Origin: Bacteroidaceae bacterium
GTDB lineage: Bacteria; Spirochaetota; Spirochaetia; Treponematales; Treponemataceae
Reading direction: 5' to 3'
Length of the DNA: 64,000 bases
Assembly (NCBI GenBank): GCA_963594605.1
Contig: CAVBEH010000007.1
Coordinates: 4,535 to 68,534 of the forward strand
The number at the start of each line of letters is the position of its first letter. The stretch's first letter is position 1. The translations under genes and the position numbers were made by a program. The notes beneath the pieces are model-generated. The model did not search any database and had not been told where the DNA came from. It saw only the letters and a program-made list of their open reading frames with translations. Positions 1-9,481 of this stretch are shown piece after piece.

Positions 1-2
1 TT

Positions 3-164
3 CTGTCCGAGCTTGAGCCTGTATGCAGACTTGCCGCGGGACAGGAGATCTTTTACCGCAACAGGGAGCATCTTATAACGGTTCTGCAAAGGGAATTCCC
101 TTCGCTGGCGGAATTCTACGGCTCGTGCGGAAATGACGGGCAGCAGAGAACCGATCTGCTGTGA
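3..164 (+). CDS. 3' end of an unidentified gene entering from upstream of the window (partial)
   Basis: Frame 3 is open from the window edge for 53 codons (LSELEPVCRLAAGQEIFYRNREHLITVLQREFPSLAEFYGSCGNDGQQRTDLL). Its TGA at 162-164 abuts the next gene. No recognisable domain. Confidence 0.3.
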   Translation: MSELEPVCRLAAGQEIFYRNREHLITVLQREFPSLAEFYGSCGNDGQQRTDLL

Positions 165-193
165 CAGATAAATGTGTTTTTACGGAGTGTTTT

Positions 194-1438
194 ATGGCAG
201 AAGATAAAATCAGAGTTCCCTTCCACAGGGCATCAATCACAGAGGCTGAGGAGAGCGCCGTTCTTGACGTTCTCCGCTCAGGATGGCTCACAACAGGCAA
301 GAAGACGCTTGAATTTGAGAGAAAATTCACTGAGGCGGTGACCGAAAAGGACACAGCCGCGCAAGAATCCGTGAGGGCGGCAAGAAAATCCCTGGGTCTG
401 ACGGATGCGCCTGTCACAAGCCTTGCCGTAAACAGCAACACCAGCGGAATGCTGCTCGCGATGGAAGCCTGCGGCGTCGGCCCCGGAAAATCAGTGCTGA
501 CAACGCCATACACCTTTGTATCAACGGCCGCCTGTGCCCGCCATCTGGGAGCGGACGTGGTTTTCGCCGACATAGAAAAGGACAGCTACAGCATAGATCC
601 CGACAGCATAGAAAGGATTCTCAGCAATGACACCGGACACAGAATTGCGGCCGTAGTTCCTGTTCATATCGGAGGAAATGTCTGCCGGATGGACAGAATA
701 TGCGCCGCCGCCAAAAGGCACGGGGCGGCCGTCATTGAGGATGCCGCACATGCGTTTCCGTCCCCGACATCCCTGGGATATGCGGGAACAGTCGGCGACG
801 CCGGGGTGTTCTCCTTCTACGTGACAAAAACAATCACAACTGCCGAAGGCGGGATGGTCTGCACAAGAAATCCGGAACTGGCACGCCGCATGGAGATAAT
901 GCGGATGCACGGAATGGACAGAACAACCTGGGACAGATACACGTCACCGCGCGCGTCATGGGAATATGACATAGTGGCTCCGGGCTACAAATTCAATCTG
1001 CCCGACATCCTCTCTGCAATCGGAATCTGCCAGCTTGAGCGCGCGGAGCACTTCTACGGCACAAGAAAAGCAACCGCCGAAAAATACAACAGTGCCTTCT
1101 CCGGGATGGATTTTGTCAGCCTGCCGCCCGACGGTCCGGGAAACTCATGGCATCTGTATCTTCTAAGGCTCGTGCCTGAAAAACTGCGCATCTCAAGGCA
1201 GGAATTCGCAGTGAAACTCCAGCAGGCAGGAATCGGAATTTCCGTTCACTTCATTCCGCTGTTCCATTTCAGCTACTGGAAGAAGCTTTATCCGGACTTT
1301 ACCGCGGAGAATTTTCCGAATGCGGAACGTCAGTATTCACGGACAATATCAATTCCAATCTGGCCGGACATGACGGACAGCGACTCGGATCTGGTGATTG
1401 AGACCGTAGCACGCATAGGACAGGAAAACCATGCCTAG
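194..1438 (+). CDS. DegT/DnrJ/EryC1/StrS-family PLP-dependent (sugar) aminotransferase
   Basis: Family-typical segments: ITEAEESAVLDVLRSGWLTTGKK, VPVHIGG, EDAAHAF, and FSFYVTKTITTAEGGMV with the putative PLP lysine. GGAG lies 6 nt before ATG 194; the ORF-track start at 161 is GTG. About 25 extra residues follow FERKF relative to what I remember of the family. Confidence 0.85.
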   Translation: MAEDKIRVPFHRASITEAEESAVLDVLRSGWLTTGKKTLEFERKFTEAVTEKDTAAQESVRAARKSLGLTDAPVTSLAVNSNTSGMLLAMEACGVGPGKSVLTTPYTFVSTAACARHLGADVVFADIEKDSYSIDPDSIERILSNDTGHRIAAVVPVHIGGNVCRMDRICAAAKRHGAAVIEDAAHAFPSPTSLGYAGTVGDAGVFSFYVTKTITTAEGGMVCTRNPELARRMEIMRMHGMDRTTWDRYTSPRASWEYDIVAPGYKFNLPDILSAIGICQLERAEHFYGTRKATAEKYNSAFSGMDFVSLPPDGPGNSWHLYLLRLVPEKLRISRQEFAVKLQQAGIGISVHFIPLFHFSYWKKLYPDFTAENFPNAERQYSRTISIPIWPDMTDSDSDLVIETVARIGQENHA

Positions 1439-3692
1439 AAAAAAGAAAATTACCGGAGAAAGGCAGAAACGATCGCTGTGCGCCGAGAATTTTCTGAGCG
1501 ACTACGGCAGAGACGGAACTCTTTTCGCGGCGCTGGTAAGAAGCCCGGCCGCCTCCGGAAAAATAACCGGCATACAGGCACCGGATCTTCCGGACGGATA
1601 CAGGCTTTTCACGGCGGACGACATTCCCGGAGCAAAATGCATGGACATAAAAGGCTCGCGCTGGTCCGTGTTCGGATGCGGACTGGCGGAATACACAGGT
1701 GAACCGCTGGGAATTCTTGTGGGACCGGACAAAACCACCGTCCTTGAGCTGCTGGACAGGGTGAAAATATCGTTCGATGTGGAGAATTTTGAGACCGCCC
1801 TGAAAAGAATCATGGAACGGCAGAAAAAACCGCTTCTGATGGCTCCTGAGCCGCCGGAATTTCCTCAGGAAAGGACGGAATTCTCAGAATTCATAACGGA
1901 GATAAACAGTCTGCCGCCGCTTGATGCGGATCCTGAATTCTATGCCAGCGGCGCGGAGACTCCGGCGGCCGAAAGGGAAATCAGGACGGGACTTTATGCG
2001 CAGAAAAACAGCGCGGAGGCGGATACGGAGCTTTTCACAAAGGACATGATGACCGTATCCGGCGAATGGAGGCAGCGCACCAGTAATCCCCCGTGGAAGG
2101 AGACAGAGGGTGCGTTCTGCTACATGGACGGAAAACAGATCCACGTGTTCAGCCCCACAAAATGGACAGGACTTCTGCACAGAAGCATCACGGAAATTCT
2201 CGGCATAGACACGGAGAATGTGTTCATACACAAGACAAAATCATCGGGAAACCTTCAGGGAGGATTATGGAGGACCGACATGCTGGCCGTCCAGACCGCG
2301 GTGGCCTCATTCCTGTCCAAAAAGCCGGTGCGCCTGACGCTTTCGCATAAAGAGGAGGACAGATACCTGTCTCCGGACACACCTGCGGTCATCTCGCACA
2401 GAACCGCAGTCCTTCCGTCCGGAAAAATCAGGGCGATGGACATAAAGATTGACATCGACATCGGAGCAGGAAATCCGTTCGCCCAGGAGCTCGTGGACAG
2501 GATGGCGCTTACAGCCTGCGGTTACTACAGACCGGAGAACATGCACCTGAAGGTGACGGCGCGGAAGTCAAAGAATCCCCCCACGTCCATATCGGTAAAG
2601 AACACAGAGGCACAGACTCTGTTCGCGGTGGAAAGCCACATGAAACAGCTGTGCGGAAAGACAAATGTCTTTCCGGACGACATCAGGGCCGTCAACAGTG
2701 CGGATACAGGAAAGCATGATTTTCCGTTCACATTCCATCTCGGAAAGCACGGAGAGACACTCTCAGAGACCATAAGGGCAAGCGACTTCAACAGGAAATA
2801 CACATCATTCAGAATGGATGCCGTGAACAGGACGATGAAGGACAGCAATCCGTTCTTCGCGCTTCCGCTCAGAGGAATAGGAATCGCGACCGCGTTCAAC
2901 ACTTCGGGCTATCTGGGAGACACGGTCTTCACTCCGGACAGAAAGATGGAAATCACGCTGATGGCCGACGAGACGCTGATAATAAAGGCTGTAAAGCCAT
3001 CAGACGATGTCCAGGAAATATGGAAGAATACGGCGGCCGAGACTCTTCAAATCGGAAAGGACAACATAACAGTCGATTCGGAATTCTTCGCGGATGAGCT
3101 GCCTGAATATCCCGAATCCTCCGACAACAACATCGCGGTGATGAACCAGCTCGTGAAAAGATGCTGCGCGGAAATACAGCGGAAACGATTCCATCAGCCG
3201 CTTCCCATAACAGCCAAAAAGGGACTTTCATCTTCCGCCGCACGCAAATGGAGAAAAGGCGATTTCTGCGGAGAACCGTACACGACAATGTCATTCGCTT
3301 CCGCAGCGGTGGAGGTTGAGCTTGACACCTACACATACAGCGAGCGGATAAAGGGAATATGGATTACGATAGACTGCGGAGAAATTCTGGATGAGGCCGC
3401 GGCAAGAAAGACAATAAGGCTTGAGGTTCAGCAGGAACTTACGGCGCTTGTGAGCGGCAAGACCGTACCGTGCGACAGCTGCACAATCATGTTCGTCCAG
3501 TCCAAGAACAGATCCGGACAGCTGAACAATCTTGTGCACAATACCGTTCCCGCGGCATTCGCATCGGCCCTGTCGCTTGCGCTTGCGACCAGACTCACAG
3601 AACTTCCCTGCACGGAGACCCAGATATTCAACCTGATGAAACAGCGGGAGACCGGAGACGAGAATCCGGCACCGGGAGACAAGACAAAATGA
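1431..3692 (+). CDS. Xanthine dehydrogenase / aldehyde oxidase / CODH-family large (molybdopterin-binding-like) subunit, divergent
   Basis: 753 aa, with an N-terminal a/b-hammerhead-like region (LFAALVRSPAASGKITGI, DIPGAK, EYTGEPLGILVG). It is followed by the matching 2Fe-2S and FAD subunits. Its ATG overlaps the DegT stop by 8 nt. Confidence 0.8.
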   Translation: MPRKKKITGERQKRSLCAENFLSDYGRDGTLFAALVRSPAASGKITGIQAPDLPDGYRLFTADDIPGAKCMDIKGSRWSVFGCGLAEYTGEPLGILVGPDKTTVLELLDRVKISFDVENFETALKRIMERQKKPLLMAPEPPEFPQERTEFSEFITEINSLPPLDADPEFYASGAETPAAEREIRTGLYAQKNSAEADTELFTKDMMTVSGEWRQRTSNPPWKETEGAFCYMDGKQIHVFSPTKWTGLLHRSITEILGIDTENVFIHKTKSSGNLQGGLWRTDMLAVQTAVASFLSKKPVRLTLSHKEEDRYLSPDTPAVISHRTAVLPSGKIRAMDIKIDIDIGAGNPFAQELVDRMALTACGYYRPENMHLKVTARKSKNPPTSISVKNTEAQTLFAVESHMKQLCGKTNVFPDDIRAVNSADTGKHDFPFTFHLGKHGETLSETIRASDFNRKYTSFRMDAVNRTMKDSNPFFALPLRGIGIATAFNTSGYLGDTVFTPDRKMEITLMADETLIIKAVKPSDDVQEIWKNTAAETLQIGKDNITVDSEFFADELPEYPESSDNNIAVMNQLVKRCCAEIQRKRFHQPLPITAKKGLSSSAARKWRKGDFCGEPYTTMSFASAAVEVELDTYTYSERIKGIWITIDCGEILDEAAARKTIRLEVQQELTALVSGKTVPCDSCTIMFVQSKNRSGQLNNLVHNTVPAAFASALSLALATRLTELPCTETQIFNLMKQRETGDENPAPGDKTK

Positions 3693-4213
3693 AGATTCCT
3701 GTAACCTTGAACCGGCAGAAAATGATTTTCGAGGCCCAGCCCGATGAGCCGCTCATGGATGTTCTCAGAAGAAATTCCTGCATTTCCGTAAAATGCGGGT
3801 GCGGCAAGGGATTCTGCGGCTCCTGCATGGTTCTTCTTGACGGAAAGCCGGTCGCATCATGCAGAATTCCCACAGCCATAGTCAGGGATTCCGAAATAGA
3901 GACGCTTGAGTCGTTTTCCGGAACGGACGAATACAGGGACATAGCGGACGGATTCGCAAGGGCCGGCATAAGGCTGTGCGGCTACTGCGATGCCGGCAAG
4001 ATATTCACCGCCTGCGGAATCCTCCGTATGCACAGGATTCCATCAAAAAAGGAAATCACGGAAGAGGTCAGGCAACTCGCGCCATGCTGCACGGACACGG
4101 AGACGCTTGTGTCGGGAATTCTGTTCGCCCTCGCCGTGCACAGCAGAAGGACGGGAAGACATCTCCAGGATCGGCATGACATGAAATCACGCGTACAGGA
4201 GAATTTCAGATAA
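3689..4213 (+). CDS. (2Fe-2S)-binding small subunit of XDH/CODH family
   Basis: CGCGKGFCGSCMVLLDGKPVASC is a plant-ferredoxin-like cluster motif. LCGYCDAGK ... PCCTD is the second cluster, with CC where I expect CxC. The start MKIPVTLN at 3689 forms an ATGA overlap with the large-subunit stop; the longer ORF-track start at 3470 lies inside the previous gene. Confidence 0.85.
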   Translation: MKIPVTLNRQKMIFEAQPDEPLMDVLRRNSCISVKCGCGKGFCGSCMVLLDGKPVASCRIPTAIVRDSEIETLESFSGTDEYRDIADGFARAGIRLCGYCDAGKIFTACGILRMHRIPSKKEITEEVRQLAPCCTDTETLVSGILFALAVHSRRTGRHLQDRHDMKSRVQENFR

Positions 4214-4214
4214 G

Positions 4215-5012
4215 ATGGGAAAATCAGTTTTCTTCGCAAAAAACATGACGGAACTGCTGTACCAGCTCAAGACGATAAAGGACATACGCATCGTAGGAGG
4301 ATGCACCAGACTCCATGAGCTGCCGGAAAAGTCGATCTCCACGCACGGAATAAAGGAACTGTCCCAGATAGTCCGCCACGAGCGTTATCTGGACGTGGGC
4401 GCCGGCACGTCACTCTCACAGCTGCTGGAGCTTGGACTGAACCATCTTCCGCAGGTGCTGTATGACGCGCTCATAAGCATCGCGAATCCGGCAGTAAGGA
4501 ACATGGCGACTGTCGGCGGAAACATCTGCGCCGAAGGCCATAAACTGACGCTGTGCGCTCCGCTGATGGCGCTCGACACACGGCTTGAATTCAGAAACCA
4601 GTCCGACACGCTCTACGAGCCGTTCTCCGGAAATATGAGGATTCCGGACGGATTCATACTCTCAAACGTCAGGATTCCGTATCCGGATGCGGACATATCC
4701 GTATTCAAGAGGATAGGACCTGAGCACAGCATAACCGCCCAGTCCGCGTCGTTCGCGTTTCTTGCCGGAATGGAAAAAAACAGCCTAAGCAGCGTGAGGC
4801 TAACTTTCGCCGGACCGTTCACGTTCAGAAGCAGGGAGCTTGAGAACAGCCTTATAGGAAAAAGAATTCCGCTGACACAGAAAAGCGTATCGGACATACA
4901 ATCCGCGGTAAAGGCGGAATTCCAGAAGGCCGCCGCGGACCAGATGATAAGCGACGTCGTCCGGCAGCAGTTCTTCAATCTGACAAGATATTCGTTCGAG
5001 CAGCTGACCTGA
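4215..5012 (+). CDS. FAD-binding (medium) subunit of XDH/CODH family
   Basis: IRIVGGCTRL and MATVGGNICAEG resemble the FAD_binding_5 motifs (GGTDL / TIGGN). 265 aa. Starts 2 nt after the 2Fe-2S gene stop, with GGAG upstream. Confidence 0.8.
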   Translation: MGKSVFFAKNMTELLYQLKTIKDIRIVGGCTRLHELPEKSISTHGIKELSQIVRHERYLDVGAGTSLSQLLELGLNHLPQVLYDALISIANPAVRNMATVGGNICAEGHKLTLCAPLMALDTRLEFRNQSDTLYEPFSGNMRIPDGFILSNVRIPYPDADISVFKRIGPEHSITAQSASFAFLAGMEKNSLSSVRLTFAGPFTFRSRELENSLIGKRIPLTQKSVSDIQSAVKAEFQKAAADQMISDVVRQQFFNLTRYSFEQLT

Positions 5013-5015
5013 ATT

Positions 5016-6056
5016 TTATTTTATCAGCATACAGTCGCCGTAACTGAAAAAGCGGTACCGCTTCTCCACGGCGGCTCTGTAGGCTCCCAGAATGTTCTCC
5101 CTGCCGGCGAACGCGCTGACAAGCATTATCAGCGTGCTTTCAGGCGTGTGGAAGTTCGTGAACATCTGATCCACAACCTTGAATTCATATCCCGGATACA
5201 TGAATATGTGGGTGTCCGAGCTTCCGCTCCTTACGGTCCCGTCAGCCGAAGCCGCCGACTCAAGCGTCCTTACGGAAGTGGTGCCGACCGCAAGAACCGG
5301 CCTTCCCTCCCGCCTCGCGCGGTTCACCGCCTCGGCAGTCTCCTCAGGCACGGTGTAGCTCTCGCTGTGCATACGGTGATTCTCTATGTTCTCCTCCCTG
5401 ACGGGAAGAAATGTCCCAAGCCCCACATGGAGAGTGACGAACGCACGGCCGATTCCCCTCTCATCAAGACGCGCGAGCATTCTGTCCGTAAAATGGAGTC
5501 CGGCCGTGGGACAGGCCGCGCTTCCTGTCTCCCTTGCATAGACGTTCTGATAGCGCTCGCTGTCCTCCTCACCGTCCTCACGCTTTATGTAAGGCGGAAG
5601 CGGAATATGTCCGTTCATCTCGAACCAGTCCTCGCCTACAGGCCGACCGAAACGCAGCGAGCGGAATTCGGTGTCCGCATTCTCCGGCACGTCCTCAATC
5701 ACCCCGACCGAGCCGTCCGGAAACGAATATCGCATTCCAGGCTTCTGCTTCTTCGCCGATCTGACCATCGTGTTCCATACATATCCGTCCGGGTCAGTCC
5801 TGTTCAGGAACATGAATTCGGTCTGTCTTCCGGTCGTCTCCTTTATGCCGTATACGCGCGCTCGCCTCACCCTTGAGTTGTTGAACACCATCAGTGTTCC
5901 GCTGTCAACAAGATCAGGAAGATCATCCATCATATAGTCACTGACGGCGCCGGAAGAGCGGCCGAGCAGCATCAGCCTGTCCTCTCCGCGCACGCCGGAA
6001 GGATGCTGCGCCACAAGCTCCTGCGGCAGGTCAAAATAAAAGTCAGATGTAAGCAT
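5016..6056 (-). CDS. queA: S-adenosylmethionine:tRNA ribosyltransferase-isomerase
   Basis: MLTSDFYFDLPQELVAQHP ... GLHFT ... FFSYGDCMLI are the canonical QueA N- and C-termini. Start 6056 is chosen over 6083 because it matches the family N-terminus and sits 7 nt after a TATAAT box. Confidence 0.93.
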   Translation of the reverse strand: MLTSDFYFDLPQELVAQHPSGVRGEDRLMLLGRSSGAVSDYMMDDLPDLVDSGTLMVFNNSRVRRARVYGIKETTGRQTEFMFLNRTDPDGYVWNTMVRSAKKQKPGMRYSFPDGSVGVIEDVPENADTEFRSLRFGRPVGEDWFEMNGHIPLPPYIKREDGEEDSERYQNVYARETGSAACPTAGLHFTDRMLARLDERGIGRAFVTLHVGLGTFLPVREENIENHRMHSESYTVPEETAEAVNRARREGRPVLAVGTTSVRTLESAASADGTVRSGSSDTHIFMYPGYEFKVVDQMFTNFHTPESTLIMLVSAFAGRENILGAYRAAVEKRYRFFSYGDCMLIK

Positions 6057-6063
6057 GTGTGAC

Positions 6064-6091
6064 ATTATAGCCATTTTCATCATGTTTTCAA
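6064..6091 (-). promoter_or_regulatory. sigma70-type promoter of queA, leaderless geometry
   Basis: Minus strand reads TTGAAA (6091-6086), 16 nt, TATAAT (6069-6064), 7 nt, ATG (6056). No SD. Confidence 0.5.
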
Positions 6092-6103
6092 TCGCAGAAG
6101 AAT

Positions 6104-6132
6104 TTGCAATAACTACAGAAAAGTTATAGATT
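6104..6132 (+). promoter_or_regulatory. candidate sigma70 promoter of the first MCP gene
   Basis: TTGCAA (6104-6109), 17 nt, TAGATT (6127-6132). GGAG lies 7 nt before ATG 6185. Confidence 0.35.
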
Positions 6133-6184
6133 GTATATCCATTCCGTCAGAACGGCGGAGAATTCATCTTATCCGGAGCCTACA

Positions 6185-8080
6185 ATGTCAGACCAAGAAA
6201 ACAGAATGCCGGCCGGAGCCAATCTTCCGGGACGGTGTCTTGCGGATCTCATCCTTATGTATACGGTTCCGTTCTTTCTGAACGGATTCTTCTGCATTTT
6301 CCTGAACGGAGTCACCTGGCAGGAGCTTGTCCTGCTGTACAGGCACAACTATCCGGTGCTTATGCTTGCGGCCATAGTGACGGCCTCTCCGTTCATACTG
6401 TGGAAAATTCTGAATGAAAGAATCAGGAAATATGACGGGACAAAGGCAAGCCTTCATGACACGAACCGCGCGATAAAACGGGCGGAGACGGGTGCCATGA
6501 TGTCATCAATAATATACTACGTGCTCATATCGACGTTCACGCCGTTCAATGTCGGCAGAAACGGATTCACGCTAAGCTCGTTCGGAACCGGAAAATACTG
6601 GTACTTCTTCTTCTCGCTCCAGATGAGCCTTGTGTTCGTGTTCTCGCTGATATTCGGAATCCTCTTCCTGAAGGACCTTGAGCACAGCTTCGGGTGGCTT
6701 CCCATCGACAAGGAGAACCTCACCCTCACCATTTCGGCAAGAACCATGCTTGTGTGCTTCTTCAGTCTGGCCGCGGTGATAATGATGATAGAGGCGATTT
6801 TCTATGTTCCGGCCAACGAGCGTCTCGGAGTTTCCGTTCTGCTCAAGACAAAAGTCGCGCCGACCGCAATCTTCATAGCGGTCGTTGCTCTTGTCTCGAT
6901 ATACATCCTGACACACGACATAACGGACGTGCTTGAGAAAATCATGACCACGACGGACAAGCTGTCGAACAAGAACTACGCCGATGTTCAGATTCCGGTG
7001 ATAATGCGGTCGGAGCTGGGAATCCTTGCGGCCGACATAAACCACTTCACCGGAGTCGCAAGCGGCCTGTTCAGCAACTTCAGGACTTCAATCCGTGAGA
7101 CAAAATCGACCGCAGACACCCTGTCGGAGGAAATGGAAACCACGGAACAGAAGCTGAACGGAATAACGTCAGGAATAGGAAACGTGCAGGCGGCGATTGA
7201 CGATCAGGCTGCGGAAATCAGCGGCGCCAACGCCTCGGCGGAGCAGATAATGGAGAGAATCCAGAGCCTCCACGTGGACATAGAGTCCCAGGCCGACGGT
7301 GTGAACCAGTCGTCGGCCGCCGTCGAGGAGATGGTCGCGAACATCAGGCAGGTAACATCAATCCTCGAGAGGAACACGGAATCCGTTGACTCGCTCGGTC
7401 AGGCATCCGATGACGGCCGCCGCTCGGTGGAGAATGCGGTGACAATGTCGGAACAGATAATCGGTCAGTCAGCCGCGCTCCTTGAGGCAAGCTCGATGAT
7501 TCAGGAAATAGCCTCCAAGACGAATCTTCTTGCGATGAACGCGGCGATAGAGTCCGCACATGCGGGAGAAGCCGGAAAGGGATTCGCGGTCGTGGCGGAC
7601 GAAATCAGAAAACTGGCGGAACAGTCAAGCAAGCAGAGCAGGAACATAAGCGACAGCCTGAAGTCCCTGTCCGCCTCCATCGGGCAGGTCTCGCAGAACA
7701 CGAAGGAAGTGCAGAAACAGTTCGACAACATATACTCGCTTGCACAGACCGTCCGCAGCCAGGAGAAAGTCATAATGAACGCAATGACGGAACAGTCGGC
7801 GGGAAACCAGCAGGTTCTGGACGCGATGAAGAACATAAACGACTCAACAAACAACGTCAGGGAAGGCTCGCAGGAAATGCTTGCGGAAGGCCGGCTGATA
7901 GTGGAGAAGATGAGGAACATGAACGAGATGTCCGGCAGGATAAACGGAAAAATGAGGGAAATGTCGGACAACCTGGGGCTGATAAAGGAATCGATGGACT
8001 CGATCGTGCGGTCCTCGGAGAAGAATCTGAGCGGAATTCAGGTGCTTGAGAACGAAATCGACACCTACACGCTCGGCTGA
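6185..8080 (+). CDS. Methyl-accepting chemotaxis protein with a polytopic (about 6 TM) N-terminal sensor
   Basis: The C-terminal signalling domain carries [39 protein letters not shown]-like segment follows six hydrophobic helices. ATG 6185 has an SD; the ORF-track start at 6131 is TTG. Confidence 0.9.
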   Translation: MSDQENRMPAGANLPGRCLADLILMYTVPFFLNGFFCIFLNGVTWQELVLLYRHNYPVLMLAAIVTASPFILWKILNERIRKYDGTKASLHDTNRAIKRAETGAMMSSIIYYVLISTFTPFNVGRNGFTLSSFGTGKYWYFFFSLQMSLVFVFSLIFGILFLKDLEHSFGWLPIDKENLTLTISARTMLVCFFSLAAVIMMIEAIFYVPANERLGVSVLLKTKVAPTAIFIAVVALVSIYILTHDITDVLEKIMTTTDKLSNKNYADVQIPVIMRSELGILAADINHFTGVASGLFSNFRTSIRETKSTADTLSEEMETTEQKLNGITSGIGNVQAAIDDQAAEISGANASAEQIMERIQSLHVDIESQADGVNQSSAAVEEMVANIRQVTSILERNTESVDSLGQASDDGRRSVENAVTMSEQIIGQSAALLEASSMIQEIASKTNLLAMNAAIESAHAGEAGKGFAVVADEIRKLAEQSSKQSRNISDSLKSLSASIGQVSQNTKEVQKQFDNIYSLAQTVRSQEKVIMNAMTEQSAGNQQVLDAMKNINDSTNNVREGSQEMLAEGRLIVEKMRNMNEMSGRINGKMREMSDNLGLIKESMDSIVRSSEKNLSGIQVLENEIDTYTLG

Positions 8081-8100
8081 AATTTCCCGGCGGAAAACAT

Positions 8101-8135
8101 AAAGCCGCCGCAGTCTTTACGGCAGCGGCGGCTTT
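8101..8135 (+). terminator. Stem-loop terminator downstream of the MCP gene
   Basis: AAAGCCGCCGC (8101-8111) pairs with GCGGCGGCTTT (8125-8135), an 11-bp GC-rich stem. Only a short TTT tail follows. Confidence 0.55.
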
Positions 8136-8145
8136 ATGCCAAATA

Positions 8146-8174
8146 TTGACAATATCGGCTCAATTTAGAATAAT
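8146..8174 (+). promoter_or_regulatory. candidate sigma70 promoter, near-leaderless geometry
   Basis: TTGACA (8146-8151), 17 nt, AATAAT (8169-8174), 8 nt, ATG 8183. No SD. Confidence 0.4.
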
Positions 8175-8182
8175 TACGAATC

Positions 8183-9481
8183 ATGTTAAATCCCTTAGCT
8201 CAAGAACTGAATGAAATTTTGGCGGGTTCAACGGCCGGACAGCTCATGTCCGATCTCGGAACAAGAATGTACTTTCCGAACGGAATAATAGCGCAGGGAG
8301 GAGAGGCCGCCAAGAACGCCCACCTTGCGAACGGAACGATAGGAATGGCCGTCGTGAACGGAATTCCAGCCGAACTTTCATCGATAAAGAAGAACATCCC
8401 GGATTTCACGCCGCAGGAGACGGTCGCCTATGCCAAGACCGCAGGAAATCCGGAGCTGCGCCAGCTCTGGAAGGACAAGATATTACAGAAGAATCCGGAA
8501 CTGGAAGGCAAAAAATTCTCGCTTCCGATTCTTGTACCCGGACTTACCGCCGCGCTTTCATACATAGCGGATCTTTTTGTGGACGCGGACAAACCTCTCG
8601 TAACTGCGGATCCATGCTGGGACAACTACGAGCTTATAACCGCCGCCAGACGCGGAGCCGAATTCCATCAGTTCAAATGCTTTGACGGAGGAAAATTCAA
8701 CATAGAAGACTTCAGGAAGACTCTTGAGCGTGACGCAGAAAAATACGGTTCCGTACGCGTCCTTCTGAATTTTCCGCAGAATCCGTCCGGCTACAGCCCG
8801 ACAAAGGACGAGGCGAAGGAAATCTGCGCCGTTGTCAGAGCAGTCGCCGAAAAAGGAGCCAAGGTTCTTGTGCTCAACGACGACGCATATTTCGGACTTG
8901 ACTACGAGGATGACATAGAGCCGCAGTCGCTTTTCGCCTACTTTGCAGACATGCACGAGAACATACTTGCGGTGAAGGCCGACGGTCCCACAAAAGAGGA
9001 CTTTGCCTGGGGGTTCAGATGCGGATTCATAACTTTCGCCTCAAAAGGAATGACAGACGAGCAGTACGCCGCGCTGCAGACAAAATTCACCGCGGTGATA
9101 AGATCATCCGTATCATGCAGCTCAACACCGTCGCAGTCGCTTATTCTACATGCGTTCAGGGATCCGTCCCATGACAGCGAGAAGGCGGAACTGAGGGCGG
9201 TCCTGAAAAGACGCTACGACAGGGTGAAGAATTTCGTCAGGACACACAGCTCCTCCGCGCTCACGCCGCTTCCGTTCAACTCGGGATATTTCATGAGTTT
9301 CGTGATGAACGGAATCGATGCGGAAGCCCTCAGGAAAAAACTGCTCTCCGAAAAAGGAATAGGAGCCATCGCCATAGACTCAAAGACATTCCGCGTCGCG
9401 TTCAGCAGCATTGACGAGGACAAAATAGACGAGGTCTATTCCGCCATATACGGGGCGGCCGATGAGCTTGCGCGTGGCTGA
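8183..9481 (+). CDS. Class I/II-fold PLP-dependent aminotransferase (aspartate-aminotransferase-like)
   Basis: 432 aa. NFPQNPSGYSPT is an NPTG-type motif, LNDDAYFG is present, and PTKEDFAWGFRCGF is a K...R.G motif. Confidence 0.8.
   Translation: MLNPLAQELNEILAGSTAGQLMSDLGTRMYFPNGIIAQGGEAAKNAHLANGTIGMAVVNGIPAELSSIKKNIPDFTPQETVAYAKTAGNPELRQLWKDKILQKNPELEGKKFSLPILVPGLTAALSYIADLFVDADKPLVTADPCWDNYELITAARRGAEFHQFKCFDGGKFNIEDFRKTLERDAEKYGSVRVLLNFPQNPSGYSPTKDEAKEICAVVRAVAEKGAKVLVLNDDAYFGLDYEDDIEPQSLFAYFADMHENILAVKADGPTKEDFAWGFRCGFITFASKGMTDEQYAALQTKFTAVIRSSVSCSSTPSQSLILHAFRDPSHDSEKAELRAVLKRRYDRVKNFVRTHSSSALTPLPFNSGYFMSFVMNGIDAEALRKKLLSEKGIGAIAIDSKTFRVAFSSIDEDKIDEVYSAIYGAADELARG

Noticed and set aside
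73-573. 166-aa minus-strand ORF at the window start
   Set aside because: Antisense to the DegT-family gene and the upstream partial gene.
5148-5876. 242-aa plus-strand ORF
   Set aside because: Antisense to queA, whose identity is unambiguous. The sequence is Arg/Pro/His-rich.
7501-7971. Two minus-strand ORFs (7501-7971 and 27221-27946) sharing a conserved peptide ([29 protein letters not shown]), which could look like a conserved overlapping gene
   Set aside because: The conservation is the mirror image of the highly conserved MCP signalling hairpin encoded on the plus strand in both paralogues. It is not independent evidence of coding.
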